Source: Actinomycetales bacterium (lineage in GTDB: Bacteria; Actinomycetota; Actinomycetes; Nanopelagicales; Nanopelagicaceae). Taken from it: 64,000 nucleotides of DNA. Below, piece by piece: positions 1 through 9,652 of the stretch. Position numbers and translations under genes: made by a program. How positions within the stretch are numbered: position 1 is the stretch's first letter; the number at the start of each line of letters is the position of its first letter. Location of the stretch: assembly GCA_046080845.1 (NCBI GenBank), contig JBJTUU010000032.1, forward strand, positions 906-64,905. Reading direction: 5' to 3'. Below the pieces are notes generated by a model, which was not told where the DNA came from, searched no databases, and saw only the letters and a list, made by a program, of their open reading frames with translations.

Positions 1-106
1 TCGATGGCGAGCTATGGCAGGATTCACGCCTCGTCTTGACGGTGCAAGGTCGCTTAATCGCAGATCGAATAGTGCGAGAATTGTTGATGTAGTAACTTCT
101 CGTCCT

Positions 107-451
107 ATGAAAACTGCCAACACGATAGTCGTCTTATTCCTTGCCGTGGTTTTTTTGATAGCCGGACTTTCAAAAGCAAGCGGTAGCTCCGCTGGCCTTT
201 CTGGAACTAGAGATGTCCAGGTTCCAGATGGTCTGGCGAGATTAGTTGGCATCATCGAGACGTTAGCAGCGCTCTCGTTGGTAGTTGGCTTTGCTTTGAA
301 GAACTTAGATTTACAAATTTATGGTCTGGTTACTATCTGGATCACTATGGCTGGCGCAATCTTCTTTCATTTTCGCGCCAATAAAGCAAAGACTGCATTT
401 CCAGCAATGTTGCTACTTCTAATCGCAACCTTGGGAATCGCATCACTCTGA
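107..451 (+). CDS. DoxX-family small integral membrane protein
   Basis: ORF 14..451 has four hydrophobic helices in a DoxX-like layout. The first 31 codons are Arg/Ser-rich and non-membrane, so the ATG at 107 (MKTANTIVVLFLAVV) is preferred. Start and family are by-eye calls. Confidence 0.5.
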   Translation: MKTANTIVVLFLAVVFLIAGLSKASGSSAGLSGTRDVQVPDGLARLVGIIETLAALSLVVGFALKNLDLQIYGLVTIWITMAGAIFFHFRANKAKTAFPAMLLLLIATLGIASL

Positions 452-457
452 GGCGCC

Positions 458-1471
458 ATGGAAACTAGGCAACTCGAAATCTTGCGGGCAATTGTTGAAG
501 AGTACGTTGCCACAGAAGAGCCAGTTGGATCTCGATCAATTGCAGAACGACATGGTTTAGGGATTTCATCTGCAACAATCCGAAATGAAATGGCGGTTTT
601 GGAAGATGCCGGCTTAATTACTCAGCCACACACAAGTGCTGGTCGTATTCCGACGGATAAGGGTTATCGAATCTTTGTAGACAAACTTGCCAAGATAAAA
701 CCGCTTTCAACGGCGGAACGCCGTGCTATCGAAACGTTCTTAGAAGGCGCAAATGATTTAGATGATGTTGTGATGCGAACGGTTCGACTGCTTGCCCAAG
801 TGACCAAGCAGGTTGCCGTCGTTCAGTATCCGCTAATAGCTAAATCAAAGGTGCGCCATATTGAATTACTGCTTTTAACGCCGAGACGTTTAATGTTGGT
901 TCTAATTACAAATACCGGGCGAGTAGAGCAGCGAGTCCTGGAATTGCCTTACTCACTTGCAGAAGCTTCTCTAGCTGATCTCAAGAATAAGATGAATAAC
1001 TTGGTATTTGGCAAGAATATGGCTGACCTGGGAAATTCACTGGAATCATTACTGGATTCGCTATCCCGGGATGAACGAACTTCTGCAGCATTGATAATCT
1101 CAAATTTAATTGAAATGTCACTAGAAAAACCAGAAGAGCGAGTCGTATTAGCTGGTACCGCTAACCTGGCAAGGTCCGGTGCTGAAATTTCGAGTGATAT
1201 CCATGGAGTTCTTGAAACTTTGGAAGAGCAGGTAGTCCTGATTAGACTTTTAAGTGACGCTGGAGATGCGATGCGGGTACGAATTGGCGCAGAACAAGCA
1301 GAGAAAAGTTTGAAAACACCGAGCTTAGTGACTATGGGGTATGGAAATGATGGAAATTCTCTCGGCGCACTTGGTGTCTTAGGCCCAACAAGAATGGACT
1401 ATGCGACATCTATGTCAGCCGTACAAGCTGTGGCACGTTATGTTGGAAGATTCCTAACGGATGGTAAGTGA
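458..1471 (+). CDS. hrcA: Heat-inducible transcription repressor HrcA
   Basis: 337 aa with an N-terminal winged helix (LEILRAIVEEYVATEEPVGSRSI) and an HrcA-type C-terminal domain. It overlaps dnaJ by 4 nt, matching the actinobacterial hrcA-dnaJ arrangement. Confidence 0.9.
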   Translation: METRQLEILRAIVEEYVATEEPVGSRSIAERHGLGISSATIRNEMAVLEDAGLITQPHTSAGRIPTDKGYRIFVDKLAKIKPLSTAERRAIETFLEGANDLDDVVMRTVRLLAQVTKQVAVVQYPLIAKSKVRHIELLLLTPRRLMLVLITNTGRVEQRVLELPYSLAEASLADLKNKMNNLVFGKNMADLGNSLESLLDSLSRDERTSAALIISNLIEMSLEKPEERVVLAGTANLARSGAEISSDIHGVLETLEEQVVLIRLLSDAGDAMRVRIGAEQAEKSLKTPSLVTMGYGNDGNSLGALGVLGPTRMDYATSMSAVQAVARYVGRFLTDGK

Positions 1472-2571
1472 TGTCCGATTTCTACCAGACACTTGGAGTA
1501 GATAGAGGCGCCTCTCAAGATGAGATAAAACGCGCCTATCGTAAATTGGCGCGCGAAATGCATCCAGATGTAAATCCAGATCCAAAAGTTCAAGATAGAT
1601 TTAAAGAAATAACTGCTGCATATGAAGTTCTAAGCGACCCACAAAAGCGTAGTTCTTACGATCGAGGTGGCGATAGTTTTGGCGGTGGCTTCGGCGGATT
1701 TAGCGACATCATGGATGCCTTTTTTGGCGGCGGTTCTCCGCGCGGGCCAAGGCCTCGAATGCGCCAAGGACAAGATGCGTTAATTCGAGTAGATATCGAC
1801 CTTGCAGAGGCCTGCTTTGGTGTAACCAAGAAATTAGCAGTTGAAACGGCAGTTATCTGCACTAAGTGCGGCGGTGATGGATGCGAATCTGGTAGCTCGC
1901 CGCGAACTTGCGATATTTGTCGCGGCAGAGGTGAGGTACAGCAAGTAACTCGTTCATTTATCGGCCAAGTCATGACCTCTAGACCTTGTGGAACCTGTCA
2001 GGGATTTGGAACTGTAATTTCAAATCCTTGTCGAGAATGTGATGGGGATGGACGCGTTCGCTCTAGAAGAGAACTAGAGGTAAAAATTCCAGCAGGTGTC
2101 GATTCGGGCAATCGAATTCAATTAAGTGGACAAGGTGAAGTTGGACCTGGTGGCGGTCCAGCCGGTGACTTGTATGTAGAGATTGAAATTGCTGAGCACG
2201 AGTATTTGGTCCGTGACGGAGATCAGCTACATCTGCAATTAAATATCCCAATGACCAGTGCGGCTCTCGGGAGCAAACAGAACGTTGAAACTCTTGATGG
2301 CGAAATGACGGTTGAAATCAAACCAGGAACTCAAAGTGGCGATGTAATTCCTATTAAAGGAAAAGGTATGACCAGGCTGCGCGGTGGTGGCCGAGGAGAG
2401 TTGTTCGTACATATTAATGTAGAAATTCCAGCGAAACTTTCTAAGCCTGAAGAAGAACTTCTCCGTTCCTTTGCTAAGTTACGAGGAGAAGCGACCCAGG
2501 CAAATCAAGTCCGTAAAGGTAGCGAAGGCGGACTCTTCACAAAATTTCGAGACGCACTGCGAGGCCAATAA
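1468..2571 (+). CDS. dnaJ: Molecular chaperone DnaJ
   Basis: J domain with the HPD motif (EMHPDVNPD), a G/F-rich linker and four CxxCxGxG zinc-finger repeats. The start could instead be the ATG at 1471. Confidence 0.95.
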   Translation: MMSDFYQTLGVDRGASQDEIKRAYRKLAREMHPDVNPDPKVQDRFKEITAAYEVLSDPQKRSSYDRGGDSFGGGFGGFSDIMDAFFGGGSPRGPRPRMRQGQDALIRVDIDLAEACFGVTKKLAVETAVICTKCGGDGCESGSSPRTCDICRGRGEVQQVTRSFIGQVMTSRPCGTCQGFGTVISNPCRECDGDGRVRSRRELEVKIPAGVDSGNRIQLSGQGEVGPGGGPAGDLYVEIEIAEHEYLVRDGDQLHLQLNIPMTSAALGSKQNVETLDGEMTVEIKPGTQSGDVIPIKGKGMTRLRGGGRGELFVHINVEIPAKLSKPEEELLRSFAKLRGEATQANQVRKGSEGGLFTKFRDALRGQ

Positions 2572-3290
2572 TGTTGCAACTATTCATAGTTAAAAATATT
2601 CCGGATCGAGGAGATGTGGTCATTGAGGGCGATGAGGCCCATCATGTCGGTGTTGCTCGAATCAAGGTTGGCGAGAGAGTCTCAGTAACAAATGGCTCAG
2701 GCCGTCGCGCCGAAGTCGAAGTTCTCGATATTAATAAGCGAAATGTTGGTTGTCGCATCCTGGAAGTTACAGATGAGCCTCGACCCAAAACTATTTTGAC
2801 CATAGTTCAGGCACTAACTAAGGGTGATCGAGCACGGGAAACTATCGAATTATTAACAGAAGGCGGCGCTGAAATCATTATTCCCTGGCAAGCTGCAAAT
2901 TCAATTGGCCAATGGAAAGAAGAAAAAGATGCACTCACAAAATGGAAATCTTGGGCCAAAGAAGCAACTAAACAATCACGAAGAAGTTGGATCCCACAAA
3001 TCCTAGATCTGCACTCAACTGCTCAACTTAAAACCAGAATTCAAGATAGTGAATTCACCGTGGTTTTTCATGAGGCGAGTCCAAATAAGTTGAGTGAGAT
3101 ATTAGTTGGCACACCTCCTAAAGAAATAACTTTAATTATTGGACCAGAAGGCGGAGTAACTGAGGATGAATTAGCTGGCTTTATATCAGCGGGTGCTCAA
3201 TCGGCTTTGTTAGGTCAACCGGTCTTTCGCTCGGCACATGCCGGCGTTGCTGCGCTTTCCGCAGTACAAACTGGATTCAAAATCTGGTAG
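2571..3290 (+). CDS. rsmE: 16S rRNA (uracil1498-N3)-methyltransferase RsmE
   Basis: 239 aa with a PUA-like N-terminus and a SPOUT C-terminus (LIIGPEGG). Conserved position immediately after dnaJ. Confidence 0.8.
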   Translation: MLQLFIVKNIPDRGDVVIEGDEAHHVGVARIKVGERVSVTNGSGRRAEVEVLDINKRNVGCRILEVTDEPRPKTILTIVQALTKGDRARETIELLTEGGAEIIIPWQAANSIGQWKEEKDALTKWKSWAKEATKQSRRSWIPQILDLHSTAQLKTRIQDSEFTVVFHEASPNKLSEILVGTPPKEITLIIGPEGGVTEDELAGFISAGAQSALLGQPVFRSAHAGVAALSAVQTGFKIW

Positions 3291-3299
3291 AGATCCGCT

Positions 3300-3635
3300 A
3301 TGGAATGTCTTTTTTGCAAGATCGGAGCTGGCGAGATTCCTGCCAACTTAATTTACGAAGATTCTCAGGTAATTGCCTTTTCGGATATTAACCAACAAGC
3401 GCCAACCCATTTGTTAATTGTGCCAAGGTCACATTTTGAAAACGCGGCTGAACTAGCGAAACAAGATGCAACTACATTGGCAAAGCTGTTTGAGGTTGCG
3501 AGCGAACTAGCCAGCGATGCAGGTCTAAAGGGGTATCGCACAGTTTTCAACACGGGCGCCGATGCCGGACAATCAGTATTTCACGCTCACCTCCATCTTC
3601 TAGGTGGACGAGCGCTCGGTTGGCCCCCTGGATAG
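3300..3635 (+). CDS. HIT (histidine triad) family nucleotide hydrolase
   Basis: 111 aa with the histidine triad HAHLHLLGG near the C-terminus and a HinT-like N-terminus (CLFCKI). Confidence 0.85.
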   Translation: MECLFCKIGAGEIPANLIYEDSQVIAFSDINQQAPTHLLIVPRSHFENAAELAKQDATTLAKLFEVASELASDAGLKGYRTVFNTGADAGQSVFHAHLHLLGGRALGWPPG

Positions 3636-3645
3636 AATTACTGCA

Positions 3646-4659
3646 ATGGCAAGCGCTCTTATCAAGTTACCGCTAGACATTTCGAGCGTATCCCTAACCG
3701 GACCAAATGACTCTTATGTAAGAGCTATTGAGCGGGCATTTCCTGAAGTAGTCCTAACCGTTCGCGGAAATGAAATCTCATTGAAGGGACCAACGGAATC
3801 GGTAGCTAGAGTTGAACGACTCGTTGAGAACTTTCTGGCGGTAGTTCGAGCCGGACAACCTTTAAGTGATGACGCAGTTCGCCGATCAATCTCAATGATA
3901 CTAAGCGATGGCAACGAAACTCCTGCTGAAGTCCTAACCTTAAATATCTTAAGCTCCCGGGGCAAAACTATTCGCCCGAAAACCGTAAATCAGAAGCGTT
4001 ATGTAGATGCGATTGATAAAAATACAATCACTTTTGGAATTGGTCCTGCTGGTACTGGTAAGACTTATCTAGCAATGGCAAAAGCAGTGCAATCGCTACA
4101 AGCAAAACAGATTAATCGCATTATCTTAACTAGACCGGCTGTGGAAGCAGGCGAGCGACTTGGCTTCTTGCCTGGCACGCTCCACGAAAAAATTGATCCG
4201 TATCTTCGCCCTTTGTTCGATGCACTTCATGACATGTTAGATCCTGATGCAATTCCAAGGTTGATGTCATCCGGAACTATTGAAGTGGCTCCGCTGGCTT
4301 ACATGAGAGGTCGTACCCTCAATGATTCATTCATAATTCTTGATGAGGCGCAAAATACTTCACCAGAACAGATGAAAATGTTTCTTACTCGACTTGGCTT
4401 TGGATCGAAGATGGTCGTAACTGGCGACATCACCCAGATTGATCTTCCTAGCCACCAAGAATCTGGTCTATCGATTGTCCGCGGCATTCTTGATGGAATA
4501 CCTGATATTTCATTTATGGAGTTAACTTCTGAGGATGTAGTTAGACACCGACTGGTCAGTGAGATTGTTGATGCTTACGGCCGATTCGATAATCAACTAG
4601 ATGGAAATCGCGCATCGCGACGAGCCACCAAGCCTCGCTCTTTGCGCAATGAGCGTTAA
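3646..4659 (+). CDS. phoH: PhoH-family ATPase
   Basis: Walker A GPAGTGKTY and Walker B IILDEAQN. Conserved phoH-ybeY-CBS order. The ATG at 3646 avoids overlap with the HIT gene; the ORF track starts at 3604. Confidence 0.85.
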   Translation: MASALIKLPLDISSVSLTGPNDSYVRAIERAFPEVVLTVRGNEISLKGPTESVARVERLVENFLAVVRAGQPLSDDAVRRSISMILSDGNETPAEVLTLNILSSRGKTIRPKTVNQKRYVDAIDKNTITFGIGPAGTGKTYLAMAKAVQSLQAKQINRIILTRPAVEAGERLGFLPGTLHEKIDPYLRPLFDALHDMLDPDAIPRLMSSGTIEVAPLAYMRGRTLNDSFIILDEAQNTSPEQMKMFLTRLGFGSKMVVTGDITQIDLPSHQESGLSIVRGILDGIPDISFMELTSEDVVRHRLVSEIVDAYGRFDNQLDGNRASRRATKPRSLRNER

Positions 4660-4678
4660 TAGCACTGGTTAGATTTAA

Positions 4679-5125
4679 ATGAATATTGAATTAACCAATC
4701 TAACTAATTTTTCTATGGATGAAGAAATACTTAAATCGCTTGCTAACTTTGCACTAAAAAAATTGGGTATCCACCCTGACTCGGAATTGAGCATCTCACT
4801 TGTGGATGAAGATGAAATGAGTTCGCTACATATGCGATGGCTAAATGAGTCAGGACCGACTGATGTCTTATCGTTCCCTATGGATGAATTGAAACCAGAA
4901 TCAGCGGTAAATGGACCCGGAATATTGGGAGATATCGTGCTGTGTCCGAAGTTTGCCGAGGCGCAGGCAAAAAGTGCCGGGCAAACTCTCGAAAAGGAAG
5001 TTGAACTTTTGATGGTTCACGGCGTGCTTCATCTTCTCGGCTTTGATCATCGTGAATCGGATGAAAAAACCATCATGTTTTCCCAACAAGATGAGATTCT
5101 GAGAGAATGGCGTTCTAGACCATGA
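4679..5125 (+). CDS. ybeY: rRNA maturation endoribonuclease YbeY
   Basis: 148 aa with the metal-binding motif HGVLHLLGFDH. Confidence 0.9.
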   Translation: MNIELTNLTNFSMDEEILKSLANFALKKLGIHPDSELSISLVDEDEMSSLHMRWLNESGPTDVLSFPMDELKPESAVNGPGILGDIVLCPKFAEAQAKSAGQTLEKEVELLMVHGVLHLLGFDHRESDEKTIMFSQQDEILREWRSRP

Positions 5126-6429
5126 ATCCTTTGAGTTTCTTATCTGTTTTATTGCTCTTGCTTTTTGCCGGTTTCTTGGCAGGAAGCGAAGCTGCAATAA
5201 ATTCGGTCTCGCGCGTATATGTAGAAGAGTTGAAGAAATCTTCGAGAAGTGTCACCTGGGTTCGAAAGGTCTTATCCGAACCAGCTCGATATTTAAATGT
5301 AATTCTCTTCGTACGTAAAGCAGCTGAACTAAGTGCGACAGTAATCGTGGCGCAAGCCCTCATCGGTAAATTTGAATCATTGAATTTAGCGCTAGCAATT
5401 TCAGTGATTACGATGCTGATTCTCTCTTATGTAGTGGTGGGAGTAGGACCTAGAACCCTAGGTAAGCAACGCGCCGGAAGTTGGATTGTTCCGGCAAGCA
5501 TTTGCGCTGTATTACTGGCAAAAGTGCTCGGACCAATAACCTCACTCTTAATATCAATTGGAAATGCGATCACTCCCGGAAAAGGCTTTAAGAGTGGACC
5601 GTTCGCTAACGAAGCCGAGCTACGAGATTTAGTAGATCAAGCTCACGAACGTGGTCTGGTAGAAGAGACAGAACACGAAATGATTCACTCCGTCTTTGAA
5701 TTGGGAGACACTTTAGTTCGAGAGTTAATGGTGCCGCGAACGGAAATGGTCTGGATTGAAGGTGGTAAAAATCTTCGTCAAGGACTTTCGCTAGCGTTGC
5801 GCTCAGGTTTTACGAGAATTCCAGTAATAGGTGAAGGCCTAGATAATATAATTGGAATTGCTTATGTAAAAGATTTAGCCCGCCGAGTGCATGAATATCG
5901 AGAGTCAGAAACGCAAGAATTAGTCTCGGCCCACATTCGTCCAGCAACGTTTGTTCCTGAAACAAAAACCGCAGCCGACTTATTGAAGGAGATGCAGCGA
6001 GACCAAATTCATTTAGCGATCGTGGTTGATGAATACGGTGGCACAGCTGGCCTAATCACAATCGAAGACATAATCGAAGAAATTGTGGGTGAAATCGCAG
6101 ATGAATATGATGACGATTTAGAGGAAATTGAATGGCTGATTCCAAATCAGAAAGCCCGCGCATCCGCAAGACTCCATCTAGAGGATCTCGCCGATCATTT
6201 GGAATTTGAGTTGGATGAGGAAGAACGTGAAGATGTCGACACTATTGGTGGGTATATGGCAAAGAAACTGGGACGTGTTCCAATTCCTGGAAGTGAGATA
6301 ACGCTTCATAATTGGAAAATAACGGCAGAACGTCCGGTAGGTAGAAGGCATCGAATTGGAACTGTTCTTGTAGAGAGGTCCAGTGCGAACAACATAGGCT
6401 CTATAAATCCAGAGGTTAAGGTTCGCTAA
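5122..6429 (+). CDS. CNNM/DUF21 membrane protein with CBS pair and CorC_HlyC domain (hemolysin-family)
   Basis: N-terminal TM helices, a tandem CBS region and a C-terminal CorC-like domain. 4-nt overlap with ybeY. Confidence 0.85.
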   Translation: MNPLSFLSVLLLLLFAGFLAGSEAAINSVSRVYVEELKKSSRSVTWVRKVLSEPARYLNVILFVRKAAELSATVIVAQALIGKFESLNLALAISVITMLILSYVVVGVGPRTLGKQRAGSWIVPASICAVLLAKVLGPITSLLISIGNAITPGKGFKSGPFANEAELRDLVDQAHERGLVEETEHEMIHSVFELGDTLVRELMVPRTEMVWIEGGKNLRQGLSLALRSGFTRIPVIGEGLDNIIGIAYVKDLARRVHEYRESETQELVSAHIRPATFVPETKTAADLLKEMQRDQIHLAIVVDEYGGTAGLITIEDIIEEIVGEIADEYDDDLEEIEWLIPNQKARASARLHLEDLADHLEFELDEEEREDVDTIGGYMAKKLGRVPIPGSEITLHNWKITAERPVGRRHRIGTVLVERSSANNIGSINPEVKVR

Positions 6430-7217
6430 TGCGGATTGTTCGATTTACGCCAAATCAAAAAACCTCGTTAGGGAGCGATCCTCAATTTGGCATCCTAGAG
6501 AACGAAGACGAGATTCGTCTCATCGCTGGCGATCCGCTTTACTCTGGAATTTCGCCACTCTCAGAAGTAATCAAGAAGGCAGATGTGAAATTACTTGCTC
6601 CCGTAATTCCAAGAAGCAAAATTGTCTGCATCGGCAAGAATTATGCGGATCATGCCGCTGAGATGGGTGGCGAAGTTCCGAAAGAACCGATTATCTTTCT
6701 AAAACCTAACACGTCCGTGATTGGACCAGATGAAATTATTCGCTGGCCTAGCCAAAGTTCTCGAGTAGATCACGAAGTTGAGTTAGCGGTAGTGATTTCA
6801 CGAATATGTAAAGATGTCCCAAAGTCGAAGTATGAGGATGTCGTTTTCGGTTACACAGTAGCGAATGACGTTACGGCTCGCGATCTCCAGAAAACAGATG
6901 GCCAATGGACGCGAGCGAAGAGCTTTGACACTTTCTGCCCGATTGGGCCTTGGATTGAAACTGAATTTATCCCGGGGAAACAAAAAATTAGCGCAGCTAT
7001 CGCTGGTGAAATCAAACAATCGGCGCGGCTTGATCAGATGGTTTTCGATGTGCCGACCATAATTTCCTTCGTGACTAGCGTTATGACCTTGCTTCCAGGC
7101 GATTTAATTCTTACTGGCACGCCATCAGGAATTGGTCCCTTGACACCAAGCCAAGATGTTACAGTTTCGATTGAAGGAATCGGAGAATTAAAAAACCAAG
7201 TGGTGCGTAATGGCTAG
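6429..7217 (+). CDS. Fumarylacetoacetate hydrolase (FAH) family protein
   Basis: 262 aa with an FAH fold signature (KIVCIGKNYADHA, HEVELAVVI, LTGTPSG). Sits upstream of gltX as in mycobacteria. Confidence 0.8.
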   Translation: MRIVRFTPNQKTSLGSDPQFGILENEDEIRLIAGDPLYSGISPLSEVIKKADVKLLAPVIPRSKIVCIGKNYADHAAEMGGEVPKEPIIFLKPNTSVIGPDEIIRWPSQSSRVDHEVELAVVISRICKDVPKSKYEDVVFGYTVANDVTARDLQKTDGQWTRAKSFDTFCPIGPWIETEFIPGKQKISAAIAGEIKQSARLDQMVFDVPTIISFVTSVMTLLPGDLILTGTPSGIGPLTPSQDVTVSIEGIGELKNQVVRNG

Positions 7218-8670
7218 CGTGCGCGAAGTTAGAACGCGATTCGCCCCATCGCCAACTGGCGATCTGCATGTCGGAAATATTCGAACCGCGCTATTTGGCT
7301 GGGCATATGCCAGACATACGGGTGGGAAATTAATCTTCCGAATTGAAGATACGGATCGAGAACGCGTTACCGATGAATACATTGGTCGTGCTATCGATAC
7401 TTTGAAATGGCTGGGTTTGAATTGGGATGAAGGTCCGGAGGTTGGTGGACCATTTGGGCCATACCTACAATCGCAGCGTTTAGATATCTATAAACATTGG
7501 GCAGAAACTTTCTTAAAGAATGGTGATGCTTACAATTGCTACTGCACTACCGAAGAACTTGAATCTAGAAGAGAGGCGCAACGCGAGAAGAATCAAGCGC
7601 CTGGTTATGACGGCAAGTGTCGAGAGATAAGTTCCCAAGATTTAGTCCGATACAAAGGTGAAGGTAGAAAACCAGTCATCAGAATGCGGATGCCGGAAGG
7701 CGAAACTCGCTTTGTAGATTTAATTCGTGGCGAGGTTGTCTTTGAACATAAATATGTGCCGGATTTTGTTCTGATGAGAGCCGATGGCTCTCCGTTGTAT
7801 ACCTTGGCGGTAGCAGTTGACGATGTACTTATGAAAATTACTCATGTGCTTCGTGGCGAAGATCTGCTCTCATCTACACCGCGACAGATCCGGGTTTATC
7901 AAGCAATGGGTTTGACTGAAGCTGAGTTCCCAGAATTTGCCCATCTACCATTTGTGATGGGTACCGATAACACCAAACTTTCAAAGCGAAATGGTGAAGT
8001 TTCAATCGCTTGGTATCGGGAAGAAGGGTTTCTTCCTGAGGCAATCTGTAATTATTTAGCCCTACTCGGTTGGTCACCTGGTGATGATCGTGAAAATATC
8101 TCAATGCGGGAGCTTGTAGAACTTTTTACGGTAGAGCGGGTCAACAGTTCACCGGCTCGTTTTGATATGAAGAAATTAGAGGCCATTAATGGCGACAAAA
8201 TCAGAGCTTTGAGCCCCGAATCGTTTCTCGAACGGGCGCTACCTTTCCTATTGCGCGAGAATGTGATCACGGGAAGCCAGCAGGAAGTTGAACAAGTTGC
8301 AAAAGCGCTCCCGATAATCCAGGAGCGAATCGTAAAATTGCGAGAAGTAATCCCAATGCTCGGGTTCTTATTTAAAGACTTAATAGAATTTGATTTAGAG
8401 AATAAAGAAAAGATAAGTGAGCCTGACTCCCAGAAAGTTTTACAAAGTGCCTTGAAATCTTTAGCGGCAATTAATACCTGGAACCGTGACGAAATTGAAA
8501 CTGCGCTACGCCATTCCTTGCTTGATGAACTTGGCTTGAAACCAAGATTGGCATTTGGACCGGTAAGAATTGCAGTTACCGGTAGCCATATCTCGCCACC
8601 ACTTTTCGAATCAATGGAATTATTAGGTAGAGATCGTTCCTTACAGAGATTACGGGAGGCGATCGGATAG
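7210..8670 (+). CDS. gltX: Glutamate--tRNA ligase
   Basis: HIGH-type motif (PTGDLHVGNIRTA) and KMSKS-type motif (KLSKR). 486 aa. Confidence 0.95.
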   Translation: MASVREVRTRFAPSPTGDLHVGNIRTALFGWAYARHTGGKLIFRIEDTDRERVTDEYIGRAIDTLKWLGLNWDEGPEVGGPFGPYLQSQRLDIYKHWAETFLKNGDAYNCYCTTEELESRREAQREKNQAPGYDGKCREISSQDLVRYKGEGRKPVIRMRMPEGETRFVDLIRGEVVFEHKYVPDFVLMRADGSPLYTLAVAVDDVLMKITHVLRGEDLLSSTPRQIRVYQAMGLTEAEFPEFAHLPFVMGTDNTKLSKRNGEVSIAWYREEGFLPEAICNYLALLGWSPGDDRENISMRELVELFTVERVNSSPARFDMKKLEAINGDKIRALSPESFLERALPFLLRENVITGSQQEVEQVAKALPIIQERIVKLREVIPMLGFLFKDLIEFDLENKEKISEPDSQKVLQSALKSLAAINTWNRDEIETALRHSLLDELGLKPRLAFGPVRIAVTGSHISPPLFESMELLGRDRSLQRLREAIG

Positions 8671-8696
8671 GGAAGTTCGCGCTATCCTTAGCGCTT

Positions 8697-8768
8697 TGGG
8701 GTATGGGGTAATTGGCAGCCCAGCTGATTCTGGTTCAGCTTGTCTAGGTTCGAGTCCTGGTACCCCAG
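8697..8768 (+). tRNA. tRNA-Gln (anticodon CUG)
   Basis: Hand-folded cloverleaf: acceptor TGGGGTA/TACCCCA, anticodon stem GCTGA/TCAGC with loop TTCTGGT, T-loop TTCGAGT. 72 nt; CCA not encoded. Confidence 0.85.
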
Positions 8769-8788
8769 CAGAAAAACTTAATAACGAT

Positions 8789-8864
8789 GGCCCCGTCGTC
8801 TAGTGGCCTAGGACTCTGGCTTCTCAAGCCAGCTACGAGGGTTCGAATCCCTTCGGGGCTGCCA
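8789..8864 (+). tRNA. tRNA-Glu (anticodon CUC)
   Basis: Hand-folded cloverleaf: acceptor GGCCCCG/CGGGGCT, anticodon stem CTGGC/GCCAG with loop TTCTCAA, T-loop TTCGAAT. The 3' CCA is encoded. Confidence 0.85.
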
Positions 8865-8870
8865 TCGTGA

Positions 8871-9587
8871 TTACTTCTTTGTTAAGTACTCACTCAATTT
8901 TGCAGCAGTTGCAACTACAGCAGCCGCATGTAATCGGCCGGGTTGTCTTCCTAATCTTTCAATTGGTCCGGAAATACTTACTGCCGCGATTACTTTGTTA
9001 TTTGGCCCTCTAACTGGCGCAGATACTGAAGCTACTCCTGGTTCACGTTCTCCGACGCTCTGGGCCCAACCTCGTCTACGTACCGCAGATAATGCGGCCG
9101 CATTGAAACGCGCGTTATTCAACGCTCTATGTAATCGATCTGCATCTTCCCAAGCGAGAAGTACTTGAGCGGCCGAACCCGCTCCCATCGTTAGCGCAGC
9201 TCCAACTGGAACTGAATCACGTAGCCCTGAAATTCGCTCAGCGGTAGCGACACAGATTCGCATCTCGCCTTGTCGGCGATACAACTGAGCGCTCTCACCG
9301 GTTGCATCTCGTAGCGAAGTAAGTGCAGGGGCGGCAACTGCCAACAGTCGATCTTCACCGGCAGCTGCGGCAAATTCACTATTTCGTGACCCCAAAATAA
9401 ATCGACCATTTAAATCGCGTGCAACCAGGCGATGGACTTCTAAGGCAACCGCTAAGCGGTGGGCGGTTGGACGCGCAATTTTAGTTGCTTTAACAAGTTC
9501 GCCAAGGGAATGTGGGCCAGATTCCAAGACGTTGAGAATTCTTACCGCTTTATCAAGGACGCCGACTCCGCTATTCTTCTTGTCCAT
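8871..9587 (-). CDS. IclR-family transcriptional regulator (LtbR-like, divergent from leuCD)
   Basis: N-terminal wHTH (GVLDKAVRILNVLE..LGELVKATKIARPTAHRL) plus an IclR effector domain. Divergent from leuC as in Corynebacterium and Mycobacterium. The ATG at 9587 (MDKKNSG) is preferred over 9608. Confidence 0.8.
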   Translation of the reverse strand: MDKKNSGVGVLDKAVRILNVLESGPHSLGELVKATKIARPTAHRLAVALEVHRLVARDLNGRFILGSRNSEFAAAAGEDRLLAVAAPALTSLRDATGESAQLYRRQGEMRICVATAERISGLRDSVPVGAALTMGAGSAAQVLLAWEDADRLHRALNNARFNAAALSAVRRRGWAQSVGEREPGVASVSAPVRGPNNKVIAAVSISGPIERLGRQPGRLHAAAVVATAAKLSEYLTKK

Positions 9588-9602
9588 AATCTGATAATGC
9601 CA

Positions 9603-9617
9603 TCTCACCTAGTGAGA
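9603..9617. promoter_or_regulatory. 6-3-6 perfect palindrome TCTCAC-cta-GTGAGA in the IclR/leuC divergent intergenic region (candidate operator)
   Basis: Read directly from the sequence. It lies between the preferred IclR start (9587) and the leuC start (9653). Confidence 0.25.
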
Positions 9618-9652
9618 AGTAAAGATAGGCGATTTTTGGTTAGGAGGGCGCG

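Noticed and set aside
400-460. CIRCE element (TTAGCACTC-n9-GAGTGCTAA) upstream of hrcA
   Set aside because: It is not present. hrcA starts 6 nt after the preceding gene, so the operon promoter and operator must lie outside the window.
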